64,000 nucleotides of DNA from Alloascoidea hylecoeti (taxonomy: Eukaryota), in the NCBI GenBank assembly GCA_001600815.1, contig BCKZ01000021.1:372001-436000 (forward strand). The letters run 5' to 3'. The notes beneath the pieces were generated by a model, which searched no databases, was not told where the DNA came from, and was given only the letters and a program-made list of their open reading frames with translations. Positions 48,001 through 60,560 of the stretch are shown piece by piece. A program made the translations under genes and the position numbers. The stretch's first letter is position 1; the number at the start of each line of letters is the position of its first letter.

Positions 48001-51000
48001 TTTCAATTGTTGGAGAAACATCAAACTGATATAGGAGAAAGGATATCTGTCAACATGTATTTTCCTATTTGTTCTTTATTTGCAACATGGTTTGAGAAAT
48101 CTTCTTTTAGAAGTGATAATTCAAGCGATATTTCCTCCATTTCAGTTAGTGTTTCGGATAGAAAATTGGCCGAACAAGAAAGTATTTATTTGGATCTGTC
48201 TACTGAATCTATAAAAGCAGCTGCTAGTTATTCCAAAAGAACCATTCTTGAAGTCCCACATTCAGTTTCTGAGGATGATTATTTGCAGGCCAAATCTTCT
48301 GTGTGCAGTCGTTTCTTCACAATTGCTGTAAGAGGGTTAGAAAAATATGAGGGAATGAATAATAGATATAACAATGATAACGTCTCCAGCTTCATAGTTG
48401 CAAAAACATTATATTCAACAGCATCAGTTCCTTCTTTCGAATCTACAAGTTCGGTATCAAAACAAAATCAGAGATCAAACGTTATATCTGAACATTTAAT
48501 CATAACACTAACGAATGTGTTACAAAAAAATATAGATGTTGGATTGAAATTTGCTTTACCATTAGGGTTTCATCAACTTCCAAGTATTAGACAAGCATTT
48601 ATCAATGTCTTTATTGGCATCATTCAAAAGACAGCTACACAGGTTTCGGATACAACTGTCGAACAAAGAAATCTGCAGGTGTTAGACTTTTTGAGTGATA
48701 ACTTGGCTGTATGTGTTGCCATTTGTGAGGTTTGTCCTGCATCAGATGTCGATTCTCTTGCTTCAATCTTTTTGAACTTATATGAATCTAAAGGGAAAGG
48801 TCTTGAATTGGTGAAAGCAATTGTAACCAGAGAAATCGAAAACACGCAGAGGGTTGTTCAATTACTTAGAAGAAACAGTGTTGCGACCAAAATGTTAACT
48901 CTTTATGCTAAAAAGTATGGTACTGAATACCTTTACACAACACTTAACCCAGTTCTTCAACAAATTATCAACTCTCCTGATGAGCATGTATTTGAGCTAA
49001 GTGCTGATAAAATTGGAGGACATGAATCTGAAAAGAATGATAACATTGAAAAATTTATGAAATGTCTNTCAAACTTTATGGATGCAATTACCAGTTCTAT
49101 GGATAAATTACCACAATCCTTTAGAGAAATATGTAGTACGATTCAAAGATGTGCTTTACAAAGATTTCCAGAGGCAGTTACAACATCTGTTGGAGCCTTC
49201 TTATTTTTGAGATTTTTTTGTCCAGCAATTGTTGCACCAGATACTGAGAAATTACTAAGCGCTTCCCCAAGAAGAGATGTTAGACGGTCTTTATTGCTCA
49301 TAGCAAAAGTTATTCAAAATATGGCAAATGGATCTTTATATTCTTTGAAACTTCCACTTTTATCAGACAAAATGACAGAATTAAATAAAATAAATTCAGA
49401 TCTTGTCAAATTTTTACATGAAGCAGCAGAAAATGATACTCAAAATGATTTAAGACACGATTTTATTAATTGTTATTCAGTATCAGAATCTAATCAAAAT
49501 GGTGCCAAAAATGAAGAGCCAATTTCCAAAACTGAACTTCTTTTCTTACATGAATATTTATATAACCATTGGTCTGATATTCAAGCTAGAGCTAGATCTT
49601 TTAATAAGGAGGATCCCACAACTAGAGCTTTACTCATTAATAGAGNATCCCTTGATCCATCATATGCTTCAATGACGGAAACATCTACATTAATGACTAT
49701 TGATGCGAGTTCTTTTTCTAAATTAGATGAGTTATTGGAAGCTTTAGGATCGCCTAGAGAAACCACTAAAATTCAGGTTCCTAAAAATATTATTGATTCT
49801 TCAACACACGCTGGTACAGGTTTATATGATTTTATGGCTCGAAATGCATCTAAAGATTTCGGAGTAATGGAGGAATCACGTTTAGTTAGACAAGGCTCTT
49901 CTGGAGATGCCTACGGTTTACCATATTTGATTATCTCCGCTGGCATGTGCGATAAAACCACAGTCACAGATCCAGATTTAGTGGTATATCGATGCTTTCA
50001 AATTTTAAGTAAAATTTGGGATGACAAATGGAGTATTATGCTTGATTGTACTGGATTTGGGCCACATGGTTATTTCCCTTTGGCTATTATTACCAGAATA
50101 CAAGAACTTTTACCACCCCAATATGCTTCGAATTGTGAGGGATTCCACTTCATTAATGTTTCCACTTATTTTGTTTCAACTGTAGAGGGAATTCTTGAGA
50201 CTTCCGCCCGAACCGATATTCTTAGTCCTTATTTTATTCCTTATTATTTCACTTGTACTTTCATTGAACAATTACCTGTGAGCTTATTTGGATTGTCTAA
50301 AAGAACAAAGACGATCATCAAAGACACTCGTGTTTCTTTTAATGATGTCTATCAATATGATGACCNAAATGAAAATGGAACAGAAGTTGATCTAAAATTA
50401 TGTGATAAATATATCCAGACTTGCAAAATTGAGCCTGTTAAACTTCATGTTGGAGGAAGAATTATACATTTGAGATTAATCGATATTGTGTTTATTGGTG
50501 ATGTTACTCAAGCTAGCATGTCAAATCAGATTCCTAATGGTTATGACCTAAAAATAGAGAATTCATCTACACTACATTTTTCAAGTTCTCAGAGAGTCGA
50601 TATCACTTCGATGCTAAACTCTATGATCTTAAGATATAGCGATCATTCATCTTCGACATCTACAACCGAAAGCCCTGTTGTTTCTTTTAATGATGTTGTT
50701 AGCACATTACGTGTTGTTTCATATGCCGGTTTATTCAGAGACGAACCAGAAGTAAGAAATTCTGCTTATAATCTGAAAATTGCTCTCCAGAAATTTACAT
50801 ACTCAACAGGAAATCGTGATACTTCAAGTGCTGGCGGTGAAGTTGTTTACTTTCCCAAAAATGATATTAATTTTCTTTTACGTGATACTGAGTTTATGGC
50901 TAAAAACCATCCTGAATATACTTATGAAATGCTTTCTGCATATTTTATGTCTGTTGAAAATTCGATGTCAAATAAAAAGGATTCTAGTATTTTCTTAGCA

Positions 51001-53031
51001 AACTTTTTAAGAAATGTTTATAAATATGTTTATTCAGTTGATGGTAGAAAGGGTATCAAAAGAACTCAACAAATCATTAAAAAACTTCTTAAAATTCATG
51101 ACATATCTGAAGATCATATTGCTAATTTCCATCAAAATGTATGGAGTCCTCTTTTTGAACAGAAAGAACTTTCACCGATGATTGTTGATGAAGTTATTAG
51201 TGCTTGTATTGATAAAAGATCACAAGGTCAAGATTGTGAAAGTATTTTATCAATTTTAACTATTTCACGTACTCTAGAAGTAACAGAAAAAGTTATTTAT
51301 CGTTTGATAAACACTTCTGCTATTCCAATGGCTTTTGATAATGAAGCAAAAGCTATTGCTAATGCTCAAGCAAATTGGGCAGAACTGATTGTTCTTGTAA
51401 GAGCTTGTGTTGCATTATGCTTCAATAAACCAGAATCATGTTGGAAATACTTGGGTGAAATATGTTTTATTACGACTTCTTATATTGGATTTGGACCACA
51501 AATTTTTAGATTTGCTTTACAAAAGCTAATTATTAACTGTCTTCATACAATTTCTTTGGATAGTGAGGCCAATTTGGACCATAATAAACAAAATGAAGTG
51601 AAATTGACAGTAGAGAGATTTTCAGGAGATAGAGCAAATTTATTATTTGGAATCACAAAATCACTTGGAGAAGACAATGAAAAGAATACTTTAAAACTTG
51701 CATTTTTAGCACCGGGTATTGAAAAATTGGTCGATCATTTACTTGAATTTATGAACATTGTTGGTAATGATGATCAAAAGAAAACCTGGAAATATAAATG
51801 GACAGATTTGGTTAGTGACTCTGCATTTGCAAGATCGTCAGTTATTAAACCCAGATCTATGATTGTTTTAGGTGTCTTATCCACAGATACAAGTGTTGAT
51901 TCAGATATCTTGGTTGGTAGAATTGTGAACTTCCTTGAAAAAGTAATGGACCCAAAGGCAATCCATGATGCTCAATTAGCAGAACTAAGATACTCAATGT
52001 TTGATTGTTTAATTAGGTTAACCGATGCATTATCTTCTATGTCTATTTGGTGGGGTAAATTATTCTGGCTTTCTACTCTTTGTTTCCAAATATCATCCAT
52101 AGATTTGTTTTTAATATCAATCAAGTTATCAGCTAAGATTCTACAAAGAATGGATGAATTAGGTCTTTTTGTAGATGGTGATGTTGTTGGAATATTATCA
52201 AAAGAAAGAGAAATTGTTGGTGCTAAAATTATGGATGAATTTGATGATTTTGTCGGATTGGTATACAAGCCTGATATGTTTGACAATTATATTTGTTCAT
52301 TTTTATTAAAAGGTCTTTTATTGTCTTCTACCCGCCATCCAACTCTAAAAGTTATGGAAACGTTTTTGAATGTAAGAGCAAGAAATACTACAATTTATCT
52401 TTCCAAACATGCAGATAAAGTGGCAGATATTCCAGCATATTCTCTAGCTCCTTCTCCTTATATGACATTTTTATTTTTATTCTCTAGAACACACAGAGAA
52501 AAGAAGAATTTCCTAAAGAATTTTTATAACGAAACAAAATTGGTTCCCGTTGGTGAAGGTTACGCAGTTCCACAAATTTTGATCGATTATTTTGAAAGTG
52601 GAAGTGATAGCAGTATAATTTGTTTATATCAGGCTGCTTCTGTATTAAAATCACCAGGAATTGATGATATTGTTTTAATCAAATTTCTTCGATGGCTTTT
52701 ATATACTGGTACTAAATCGCCAAAACATAAAATTTTGACATATGTTTATATGAGAAGTAAATTGGAAGAAATTTGTATTCAATCTTCATCTTTTGTGTTG
52801 ATACAATCATGTCAAGGTGTTATCACGCAAGTTTTATCACATCGTGACTTCGATTATAGCGATGTCAATGACTATATGAAAGAATTGAGTCGTATCGTAT
52901 CGCTTCATCATTTTGAGCATTTGACTCTCAACGAGTTGGTCAAATCTTCACATGATTTGGAAAAATTTGCTGATCGATATGGATCATTCTTACACAGGTG
53001 CTCTAGTTTAGCAACTAGTTTGGCATCTTGA
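45002..53031 (+). CDS. IRA2: Neurofibromin-like Ras GTPase-activating protein (about 2632 aa); exons 45002-45079, 45146-45295, 45361-53031
   Basis: RasGAP arginine-finger segment LLRRNSVATK, FLFLRFFCPAIVAP, IAKVIQNMAN, ITGQVALQKRIRR, Sec14/PH-like region. Two short GT-AG introns restore the N-terminus IVDRLMKL|LPFETG. Co-ortholog of IRA1/IRA2. Confidence 0.93.
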
Positions 53032-53514
53032 TTAATATTTATGTTAGTATTTTTGTTTTTTTGTCTTTAAGATATAGTTCTTTAGTTAGTATCTGGTTTA
53101 ATGTTTTTGCTTTTTATTTTTAGAACTTGTAATATATTATTATATTTATAATCAATTGTAAGAGATCAGTGTGTACTATCGTACCATGTGTTGTGATTTG
53201 ATAGTTTTGTGTGGCTATTATACCTCTCATATTATAATTATGGTTGAATTTCTAGTGTATTTTACTGCTTTTAAATTATACCAATCCGTCGAGTTGTGAT
53301 CTACATTCTTAAACTTGAGTGTAATACATCTACTTCCTTTTGTAATTGTTAAAAAGGTCTCAAGAAATCATTAATAATCACACACCTAACATATCAATGG
53401 AAATGAGTTTGCAATAGGCTTGATACAACATTTATATAATTTCTGTATGACATTATATTGAAGTAAAACAACTATAACTAGATCTAGAGATATTATCAGT
53501 ATTTACGTATAGGA

Positions 53515-54222
53515 TCATGTTTCTTTGTATACGTAAGGTGGTTCTTTAGCTTCGCAATCGAAATCCAGCTTTTCTACTTGTTTTCCATCAACATCTATAG
53601 CGCACCTAACACGATCACCAGGAACCAATGGACCAACACCCTTAGGGGTTCCTGTTAATATAATATCCCCTTTTTGTAATGTCATAATGGACGATGTGTA
53701 GGATAATATTTTTTGTAAAGGAAACAACATTAATGAAGTTGAATCATCTTGTTTTGGCTTCCCATTAACACTTAATTTCAACGTAACGTTACTTGGATCA
53801 GTTATAATATCTTTACTGATGATTGGAGATAATGGTAAAAATGTATCAAAACCTTTTCCAATTGACCATGGTAAACCTTTTCTTTTTGCTTCATCTTGAA
53901 CATTACGGGCAGTTAAATCGACAGACAATGCGTATCCTGAAATATGATCAATAGCTTCTTTTAAAGTGAAAGTTTCGGGATTCAGATTCTTCATTTCCTT
54001 ACCGATGATTACAGCTAATTCAACTTCATGATGAACTACTACCCCCTTTGGGATTTTGACGTTTCCTTCTTCTGGGAATAAAATCGAACTTGCGGGTTTT
54101 AGGAAGAAAAAAGGTTGAAGAGGAGTTTTATTTCCGAGTTCTGATACATGGGCAGCATAATTTCTACCAATGCAAAGGATTTTACCAGGAGTTTGATATA
54201 GTAGACGTGTCACTGAGCTCAT
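53515..54222 (-). CDS. FMP41: FAH-family hydrolase (FAHD1-like oxaloacetate decarboxylase/tautomerase)
   Basis: KILCIGRNYAAH, FFLKP, HHEVELAVIIG, DLTARNVQ, GLPWSIGKGFDTF, GDIILTGTPKGVG. ATG at 54222. Confidence 0.93.
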   Translation of the reverse strand: MSSVTRLLYQTPGKILCIGRNYAAHVSELGNKTPLQPFFFLKPASSILFPEEGNVKIPKGVVVHHEVELAVIIGKEMKNLNPETFTLKEAIDHISGYALSVDLTARNVQDEAKRKGLPWSIGKGFDTFLPLSPIISKDIITDPSNVTLKLSVNGKPKQDDSTSLMLFPLQKILSYTSSIMTLQKGDIILTGTPKGVGPLVPGDRVRCAIDVDGKQVEKLDFDCEAKEPPYVYKET

Positions 54223-54437
54223 GTCTAATTGGAACCACAAAAGAAGAAGGCGGTAGTGAAGATTGTCCACTGGCTGAGCACTAGCCAATCAGAACGGCCT
54301 ACGATTTATATATTAAATTGACATGTCTCCTAATAATTAATAGCATTCAAATACTCCTTTCCATAAAACTCAGAATTAAAAGTTATTTGGTAACGTTAGC
54401 CTTCAATATAAGAAAATGTTTATCACAATTGTGGTCG

Positions 54438-54941
54438 TCATTATTTAAGAAAGAAATAGAGAGTAATAGCCGGTGTTGGGATAGTATTAAAAATGATGAG
54501 GAGATTTAAAATAAGATATAATGAAGGAGAGGCATTAGCGGTATCATAAGAAGAAAACATTAATCCTACTATTGGGGAAGAACCTAATATAATAGATCCA
54601 TCACCTTTACATTTAATGATCAATGCTACTAAAAAACCGTAGATGTTGGAGCAAAAATATCATTTCTGAACAATATTAATACTCATATCGAACCAACGAT
54701 GATAATATTGATCAAAACAACGTAATAACTTCCGAAAGGATTTATTATTATACAAAATTATTATCAGATGATGAATTTTCCAAGAAATTATCAGGATATA
54801 TTAACTACCTTTAACAACTAACATTATTTGTCGATCTTATTTTCATGAAATTGATAATAACTGATATGATGAATATGTTAAAGAACTCGATAAATTATGA
54901 ATTGATGAAGATTATATAAAAATTGATCAATTACAAGATAT
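54438..54941 (+). pseudogene. Decayed partial copy of the CMG1-like gene, inverted relative to the intact gene
   Basis: Aligns by eye to 36029-35422 (-). Shared blocks include TTAAAAATGATGAGGA, TACATTTAATGATCAATG, TGTTGGAGCAAAA, TGAACAATATTAATACT, AAATTATTATCAGATGA, TTTTCCAAGAAATTAT, ATGAAATTGATAATAAC, TATGTTAAAGAACT and AATTACAAGATAT. Has stops, frameshifts and an internal deletion. Confidence 0.9.
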
Positions 54942-55047
54942 GGTACCAGTTGGTAAATACTATGTAGTCTNGGTACTTAGAATGAATAAGTAATTTCTTT
55001 ATTTAATTATATGATATATAGGTATAGTTACAATATTAATATGATGT

Positions 55048-55938
55048 TCAAAAATCATCCTCATCATCATCAGAATCGAAAAGATCCAATCCACCAATCT
55101 TTTTAGGACCGACGGCAGGTACATTATTTGAAGTAAATGTACTAACACGCCGTGCGTCCTGTTCATGAAATCCTTTGAATTCTTCATATGATTGTTTAGT
55201 TTCCTTATCAGCCTCTTCCTTTTTATCGCCGGCCCCAGTTGGAACTTCAGCTGTTATACTTATTCCTAAAACTTGTGATATTAATCTTTCTTGATTCTCA
55301 GAAGCAATTGCTAACATTCCTTTTCTTAAAGCATCCTCAGCAGGCCATACAAAATTAGCAGGACTTAAAGTATTAGAATCAGCAGTTGGTGGAGCAGTTG
55401 TAAATTTAGCTAACTTCATGGCATATTTTAAAATATCGTCAGCAGATACCGTTTTGATTCTATTTTTATCTTCATTTAATTTTACTTCATATGGTTCTTT
55501 TTTAGTTGGTAATTGCGATAGCATATTTCGACATTCTCCTAATTCAGATATTATATGTCTTATTTTATTATCTAACTCTTTTTCATTTATCTCTAGTGTA
55601 TTGATTTCATCATCACATTTTTCACTTTCTAAAATATATCTAATTGCATCTTTAATATCTTCTTGATTGTTGGTCAACTCCTCACCATAAGTAGGATCTG
55701 TTTGTAATCTCGATACTGAATCAACCAAAGAAGATAAGTTCTTCTCAAAAATCGATACAGTATTTAATATTTGAGTTCTAGGAGTTGGAGATGTGTTTGT
55801 GGTTGGGATTGCTGATATGTTTAAGGGATTAGTTGATAATTTCAGCTTTGAAGGAGAGGTAAGAGGTCTGGGAGATGGAGCAGCACTTAGTGAAGGTTCA
55901 TTTAGCTTTCTGAAGTTGGTTGTCGATGGAAAAGACAT
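55048..55938 (-). CDS. MED4: Mediator subunit 4
   Basis: Coiled coil followed by ILKYAMKLAKFTTAPPT and FVWPAEDALRKGMLA; acidic C-terminus LDLFDSDDDEDDF. ATG at 55938. Confidence 0.92.
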   Translation of the reverse strand: MSFPSTTNFRKLNEPSLSAAPSPRPLTSPSKLKLSTNPLNISAIPTTNTSPTPRTQILNTVSIFEKNLSSLVDSVSRLQTDPTYGEELTNNQEDIKDAIRYILESEKCDDEINTLEINEKELDNKIRHIISELGECRNMLSQLPTKKEPYEVKLNEDKNRIKTVSADDILKYAMKLAKFTTAPPTADSNTLSPANFVWPAEDALRKGMLAIASENQERLISQVLGISITAEVPTGAGDKKEEADKETKQSYEEFKGFHEQDARRVSTFTSNNVPAVGPKKIGGLDLFDSDDDEDDF

Positions 55939-56179
55939 TAAACAACTGTAAATGCTGATATTTGACACTTTTGGCTGTCAGTCTGTCCGGGTAATCGTTA
56001 GTGTTATGTATCTGAATTTTTGAATAAGTTTTCTCTTGCTCTTACGCTGGAATATTGAATATTGAATATATAATATGTTATTTACTATTTAGACTGTTTA
56101 ATGTCACTTCTCAGCTGATATTATTATTATTATTATTTTAGCTATTTTACTGTGTATTTAAAAAGATTGACAGTGAAAA

Positions 56180-56189
56180 GTCATGTGAC
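56180..56189 (-). promoter_or_regulatory. Cbf1-type RTCACRTG site upstream of LIA1
   Basis: GTCATGTGAC on + (GTCACATG on -), about 105 bp upstream of the ATG and followed by a poly-T tract. Confidence 0.35.
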
Positions 56190-56294
56190 CTAAAAAAGCA
56201 TATAAAATATAAACTCCGATGTCTTTTTTTTTTTTCAATAAATTTCAAGATAATTCCGAAAATCCTACTATTTTTTATTCTATAAACATCAAAC

Positions 56295-57320
56295 ATGTCA
56301 GAACAACAACAATCACACGTCGATAAAATTGAAGAGGCAACACCAGAGGACCTTTCTGCTCTCAGGTCAGTGCTTTTAAATGAATCAGGTAAAGTACCTT
56401 TGGCACAACGGTTTCGTGCTTTATTTCATTTAAAATCAATGGGAATTCCTTCTTCAAAGGGTGCTGAAGAAGCTATTGATATTATCTCAGATTGCTTTAG
56501 AGATGATTCTGAGCTTTTAAAACATGAACTGGCCTATTGCTTAGGTCAAACGAAAAACTTATATGCTGCTGATATTCTTCAAATCGTCTTACAGGATAAT
56601 AATCAACAATGTATGGTACGACATGAAGCAGCCGAAGCATTAGGTGCATTGGGTGATAAAGATAGTCTTGATCTACTAAAACATTATTTTGAAAATGATC
56701 CAATGGAAGAAATTAGACAAACTTGTGAGTTAGCAATTGCAAGAATTGAATGGGAAAATAGTGATAAAAGTTCAAAGGAAGTTTTACAGAAATCATTATA
56801 TGAATCAATTGACCCAGCTCCACCATTACCATCGGAAGGTAATGATAAGATAATCAAATTACAAACGGTTTTAAATGATACAAAAGCTCCTTTATTTGAA
56901 AGGTATAGAGCAATGTTTAGACTACGTGATATTGGTACCGATGAAGCTGTTTTGGCTTTAGCTTCTGGCTTCGCTGATGATTCAGCTTTATTTAAACATG
57001 AAATCGCTTACATTTTCGGACAAATGTGTAGTCCTGCTTCCATTCCAGCATTAATTAAAATGTTAAAAGATGAATCACAAGCTGGTATGGTTAGACATGA
57101 AGCCGCTGAAGCACTTGGTTCAATTGCAACTGATGAAGTTTTACCAATTTTAAAAACGTTTTTAAACGATAGTGATCCAGTTGTTCGAGAAAGTGCTATT
57201 GTTGCTCTAGATATGTATGAGTATGAAAACTCAAATCAGCTTGATTTTACTATAGATGTTGCTGATGTTGAAAATGATCATGATCATGAGACAACTCTTG
57301 CATCTACAGTCGCTGTTTAA
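56295..57320 (+). CDS. LIA1: Deoxyhypusine hydroxylase
   Basis: Four HE iron-binding motifs ([34 protein letters not shown]), RFRALF, SIDPAPP. Confidence 0.97.
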   Translation: MSEQQQSHVDKIEEATPEDLSALRSVLLNESGKVPLAQRFRALFHLKSMGIPSSKGAEEAIDIISDCFRDDSELLKHELAYCLGQTKNLYAADILQIVLQDNNQQCMVRHEAAEALGALGDKDSLDLLKHYFENDPMEEIRQTCELAIARIEWENSDKSSKEVLQKSLYESIDPAPPLPSEGNDKIIKLQTVLNDTKAPLFERYRAMFRLRDIGTDEAVLALASGFADDSALFKHEIAYIFGQMCSPASIPALIKMLKDESQAGMVRHEAAEALGSIATDEVLPILKTFLNDSDPVVRESAIVALDMYEYENSNQLDFTIDVADVENDHDHETTLASTVAV

Positions 57321-57648
57321 TTGGTATATATATGACATTGGCTTGTTAATAAAGACGAAGATGGAGATAAAGATGAGGACGAATTCGAAGTAGTTATAAT
57401 TATGTTTTAAGTTTATTAATTTTTATTTTTTTTAAATTGTTTTGCTTCTTCTTTATATTTTGATGTTAATGAATATATATTTACTTTATATTAGGATGAT
57501 AATTTGCAAAATGTAGTTTTGCAATTGTCTAGAAGTTGAAATTTAAATTGAAATTGTTCATAATTACAATTGATTGTTGTACAAAATAAGTATATAAAAA
57601 TATGAATTTATGAAAAATAAAAGCATTCGAGCCAATGTTAATGTTGAT

Positions 57649-58226
57649 TTAATTATTTGTTTTAAATCTATATCCGCATTTCATACACGTATAAAAAACA
57701 GTGGCCTAAAATCAAATAAAAGTTAGCTCACTCATATTAATAAAATCATCAGATGAAAATGAAAACTTACACCTTCATCAGCACTACGTAATTGTAACGT
57801 GTGATATTTCATTTCATCATGTCCACATTCAGGACATTTTTCTTTAATCTATACATATAAATGTTTTTGTTAGTTCATAATCTCTCTTTAAATATTGAAG
57901 TTAAATTGAACATACAGTAGCACCTTCTCCAACTTCATCTTCCCTTAATGTAGTCTTCACCAAAGATCTTTTTGATTTTAACGTAGAAGGAAAGGCATCA
58001 TCAGCAGATGTAGTTGTGACCTTTAAATTTTGATAATCTATAAGAATCCATATATAAAATATTAGTCAATATATTCATGAAATATTTATCAATGAAATAT
58101 ATATTTCATACCTTTAGCTTTGTATGATCTACCACAATCATCGCATATCAAACTTTGCTTATCAGTAATAGCATCTATTAAATTGCCACAATCAAAGCAA
58201 AATATAAGACTTCCAACAACAGACAT
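57649..58226 (-). CDS. RPA12: RNA polymerase I subunit A12.2 (123 aa); exons 58226-58112, 58037-57916, 57848-57771, 57705-57649
   Basis: Spliced translation MSVVGSLIFCFDCGNL..CDDC..AFPSTLKSKRSLVKT..GATIKEKCPECGHDEMKYHTLQLRSADEGATVFYTCMKCGYRFKTNN. Three GT-AG introns with CTAAY branch sites. Not in the ORF track. Confidence 0.96.
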
Positions 58227-58324
58227 TTTTGTATGTTTTTTATGTTTAATAACGTATAATTAATGAGATTTTTTGTTTTTTTACACTTTTTTTTTTCAGC
58301 ATTATGTAATCATCGATGTCCAAC

Positions 58325-58332
58325 ATCACGTG
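58325..58332 (+). promoter_or_regulatory. Cbf1-type E-box ATCACGTG in the RPA12/CCT5 divergent promoter
   Basis: Exact RTCACGTG near the middle of a 229-bp bidirectional promoter. Confidence 0.45.
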
Positions 58333-58455
58333 TATATGTATGGGTGTTATTGAGTTACCCTCTTTGCGAATATTTGAAAACCTCCAATTTTCAGCTTCTT
58401 CAGTGTTCTTAATATTTGCAATTTTTACCTATTTGTTTGCTTATAAATATCAAAA

Positions 58456-60465
58456 ATGGCTCAACAACAGATGATGGCAATGCCAGACCTGTCAAATGCT
58501 ATTGTAGCTCAGGATGAAATGGGAAGGCCCTTTATTATTGTTAGAGAGTATGTTGTCTTCTGATTTGATCTATTGAATATGACACGAATATAATGGAATT
58601 TATTTTTCATATATGTTCAAATCGATCCAAATGTTCTTTCTGATTAAAACTATTTTTTTTGGTGCATCTTAATGGCTCATGAAAAGAAATCAATTAAATT
58701 TGGAATTTGGATCATTGTTGATGATTAATACTAACGTGTATATTTTTTGATTTTATTTAGTCAGGGAAAGAAACAAAGGTATATTTATAATAATTAAGAT
58801 AATCTGATCTGGAATTATGTAAAATTACTTCTTACTAACTTTTTTAAAATTTAGAATACATGGAATTGAAGCTGTTAAGGTAAGAATCATTATATATATT
58901 TTGATTACTGATCATTGATCGTTTAACTGACAAATACATTATAGAGTCATATCCTAGCTGCCCAAGAAGTTTCTAGTATCCTCAAAACTTCATTAGGACC
59001 CCGTGGTCTTGATAAAATTTTAATATCACCAGATGGTGAGATTACAATTACAAATGATGGTGCAACAATTCTTTCTCAAATGCAATTAGATAATCAAATT
59101 GCTAAACTATTAGTTCAATTATCAAAATCTCAAGATGATGAAATTGGAGATGGTACGACTGGTGTTGTTGTTTTAGCAGGTGCTTTATTAGAACAAGCAT
59201 CATCATTAATTGATAAAGGTATTCATCCTATCAAAATTGCAAATGGTTATGATGAAGCTTGTAAAATAGCAGTTGATCATTTAGATGAAATATCCGATGA
59301 AGTACCTTATTCTTTAGAGAANAAAGAAAATTTATATAAAGCTGCTTATACATCCTTAGGTTCAAAAATTGTTTCAAAAGCTCATGAGAAATTTGCTCAT
59401 ATTGCTGTTGATACAGTTTTATCAGTTGCCGATTTAGAAAGAAGAGATGTTGATTTCGAATTAATTAAAGTTGAAGGAAAAGTTGGTGGATCTGTTGAAG
59501 ATACTTCATTAATTAAAGGTGTTATAATTGATAAAGATATGTCACATTCACAAATGCCTAGAAAAATTGAAGATGTTAAAATTGCAATTTTAACTTGTCC
59601 ATTTGAACCACCAAAACCAAAAACAAAACATAAATTAGAAATTTCAACTGTTGAAGAATTTAAAATTTTACAAAATTATGAACAAGAAAAATTTATTGAA
59701 ATGATTAATTTTGTTAAAAAAGCTGGAGCAAATTTAGTTATTTGTCAATGGGGTTTTGATGATGAAGCAAATCATTTATTATTACAAAATAATTTACCTG
59801 CTGTTAGATGGGTTGGTGGACCAGAAATTGAATTAATTGCAATTGCAACAAATGGAAGAATTGTACCAAGATTTGAAGATTTAACACCTGAAAAATTAGG
59901 AACTGCTGGAATTGTACGTGAATTGGAATTTGGCACTACTAGAGATCGAATGTTAGTTATTGAAGAATGTGCAAATACTAGAGCCGTCACTGTATTTGTT
60001 CGTGGATCAAATAGAATGATCGTTGATGAAGCTCGTCGTGCTTTACATGATTCATTATGTGTTGTACGAAATCTTATTAGAGACAATAGAGTTGTTTATG
60101 GAGGCGGTGCAGCAGAAATCACTTGCTCATTGGCAGTTTCTGAAGCCGCTGATAAACAATCGGGCATTGATCAATATGCAATGAGAGCATTTGCAAACGC
60201 TTTAGATGAAATTCCAATGGCATTAGCTGAAAATTCCGGATTACCACCAATTGAAACATTATCAAATATCAAATCAAGACAAGTTAAAGAAAATAATTCA
60301 AGATTAGGTGTTGATTGTTTAGGTAAAGGTACAAATGATATGAGAGAAGCATTCGTTATTGACCCCTTAATTGGTAAAAAGCAACAATTATTATTAGCTA
60401 CACAATTAACACGTATGATTCTGAAGATTAATAATGTTATTATTTCGGGTAAAGAGGATTATTAG
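58456..60465 (+). CDS. CCT5: Chaperonin CCT epsilon subunit (551 aa); exons 58456-58547, 58761-58778, 58855-58879, 58945-60465
   Basis: [82 protein letters not shown]. Confidence 0.97.
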
Positions 60466-60560
60466 TTAATTAATTGTAAGAAAATATACCCTATATAATA
60501 GATGAAGAAATAAAGAAAAAAAANCCCCCAATTGCACAAATATTTCCAAGTAAACTAATA

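Noticed and set aside
4645..54222. Metabolic gene cluster of malic enzymes, KduD-like SDR and FAHD1
   Set aside because: The genes are spread over 50 kb among housekeeping genes, and their positions are mostly explained by ancestral synteny.
58548..58760. Intronic snoRNA in the long CCT5 intron 1 (one hairpin visible)
   Set aside because: No correctly placed H/ACA or C/D boxes.
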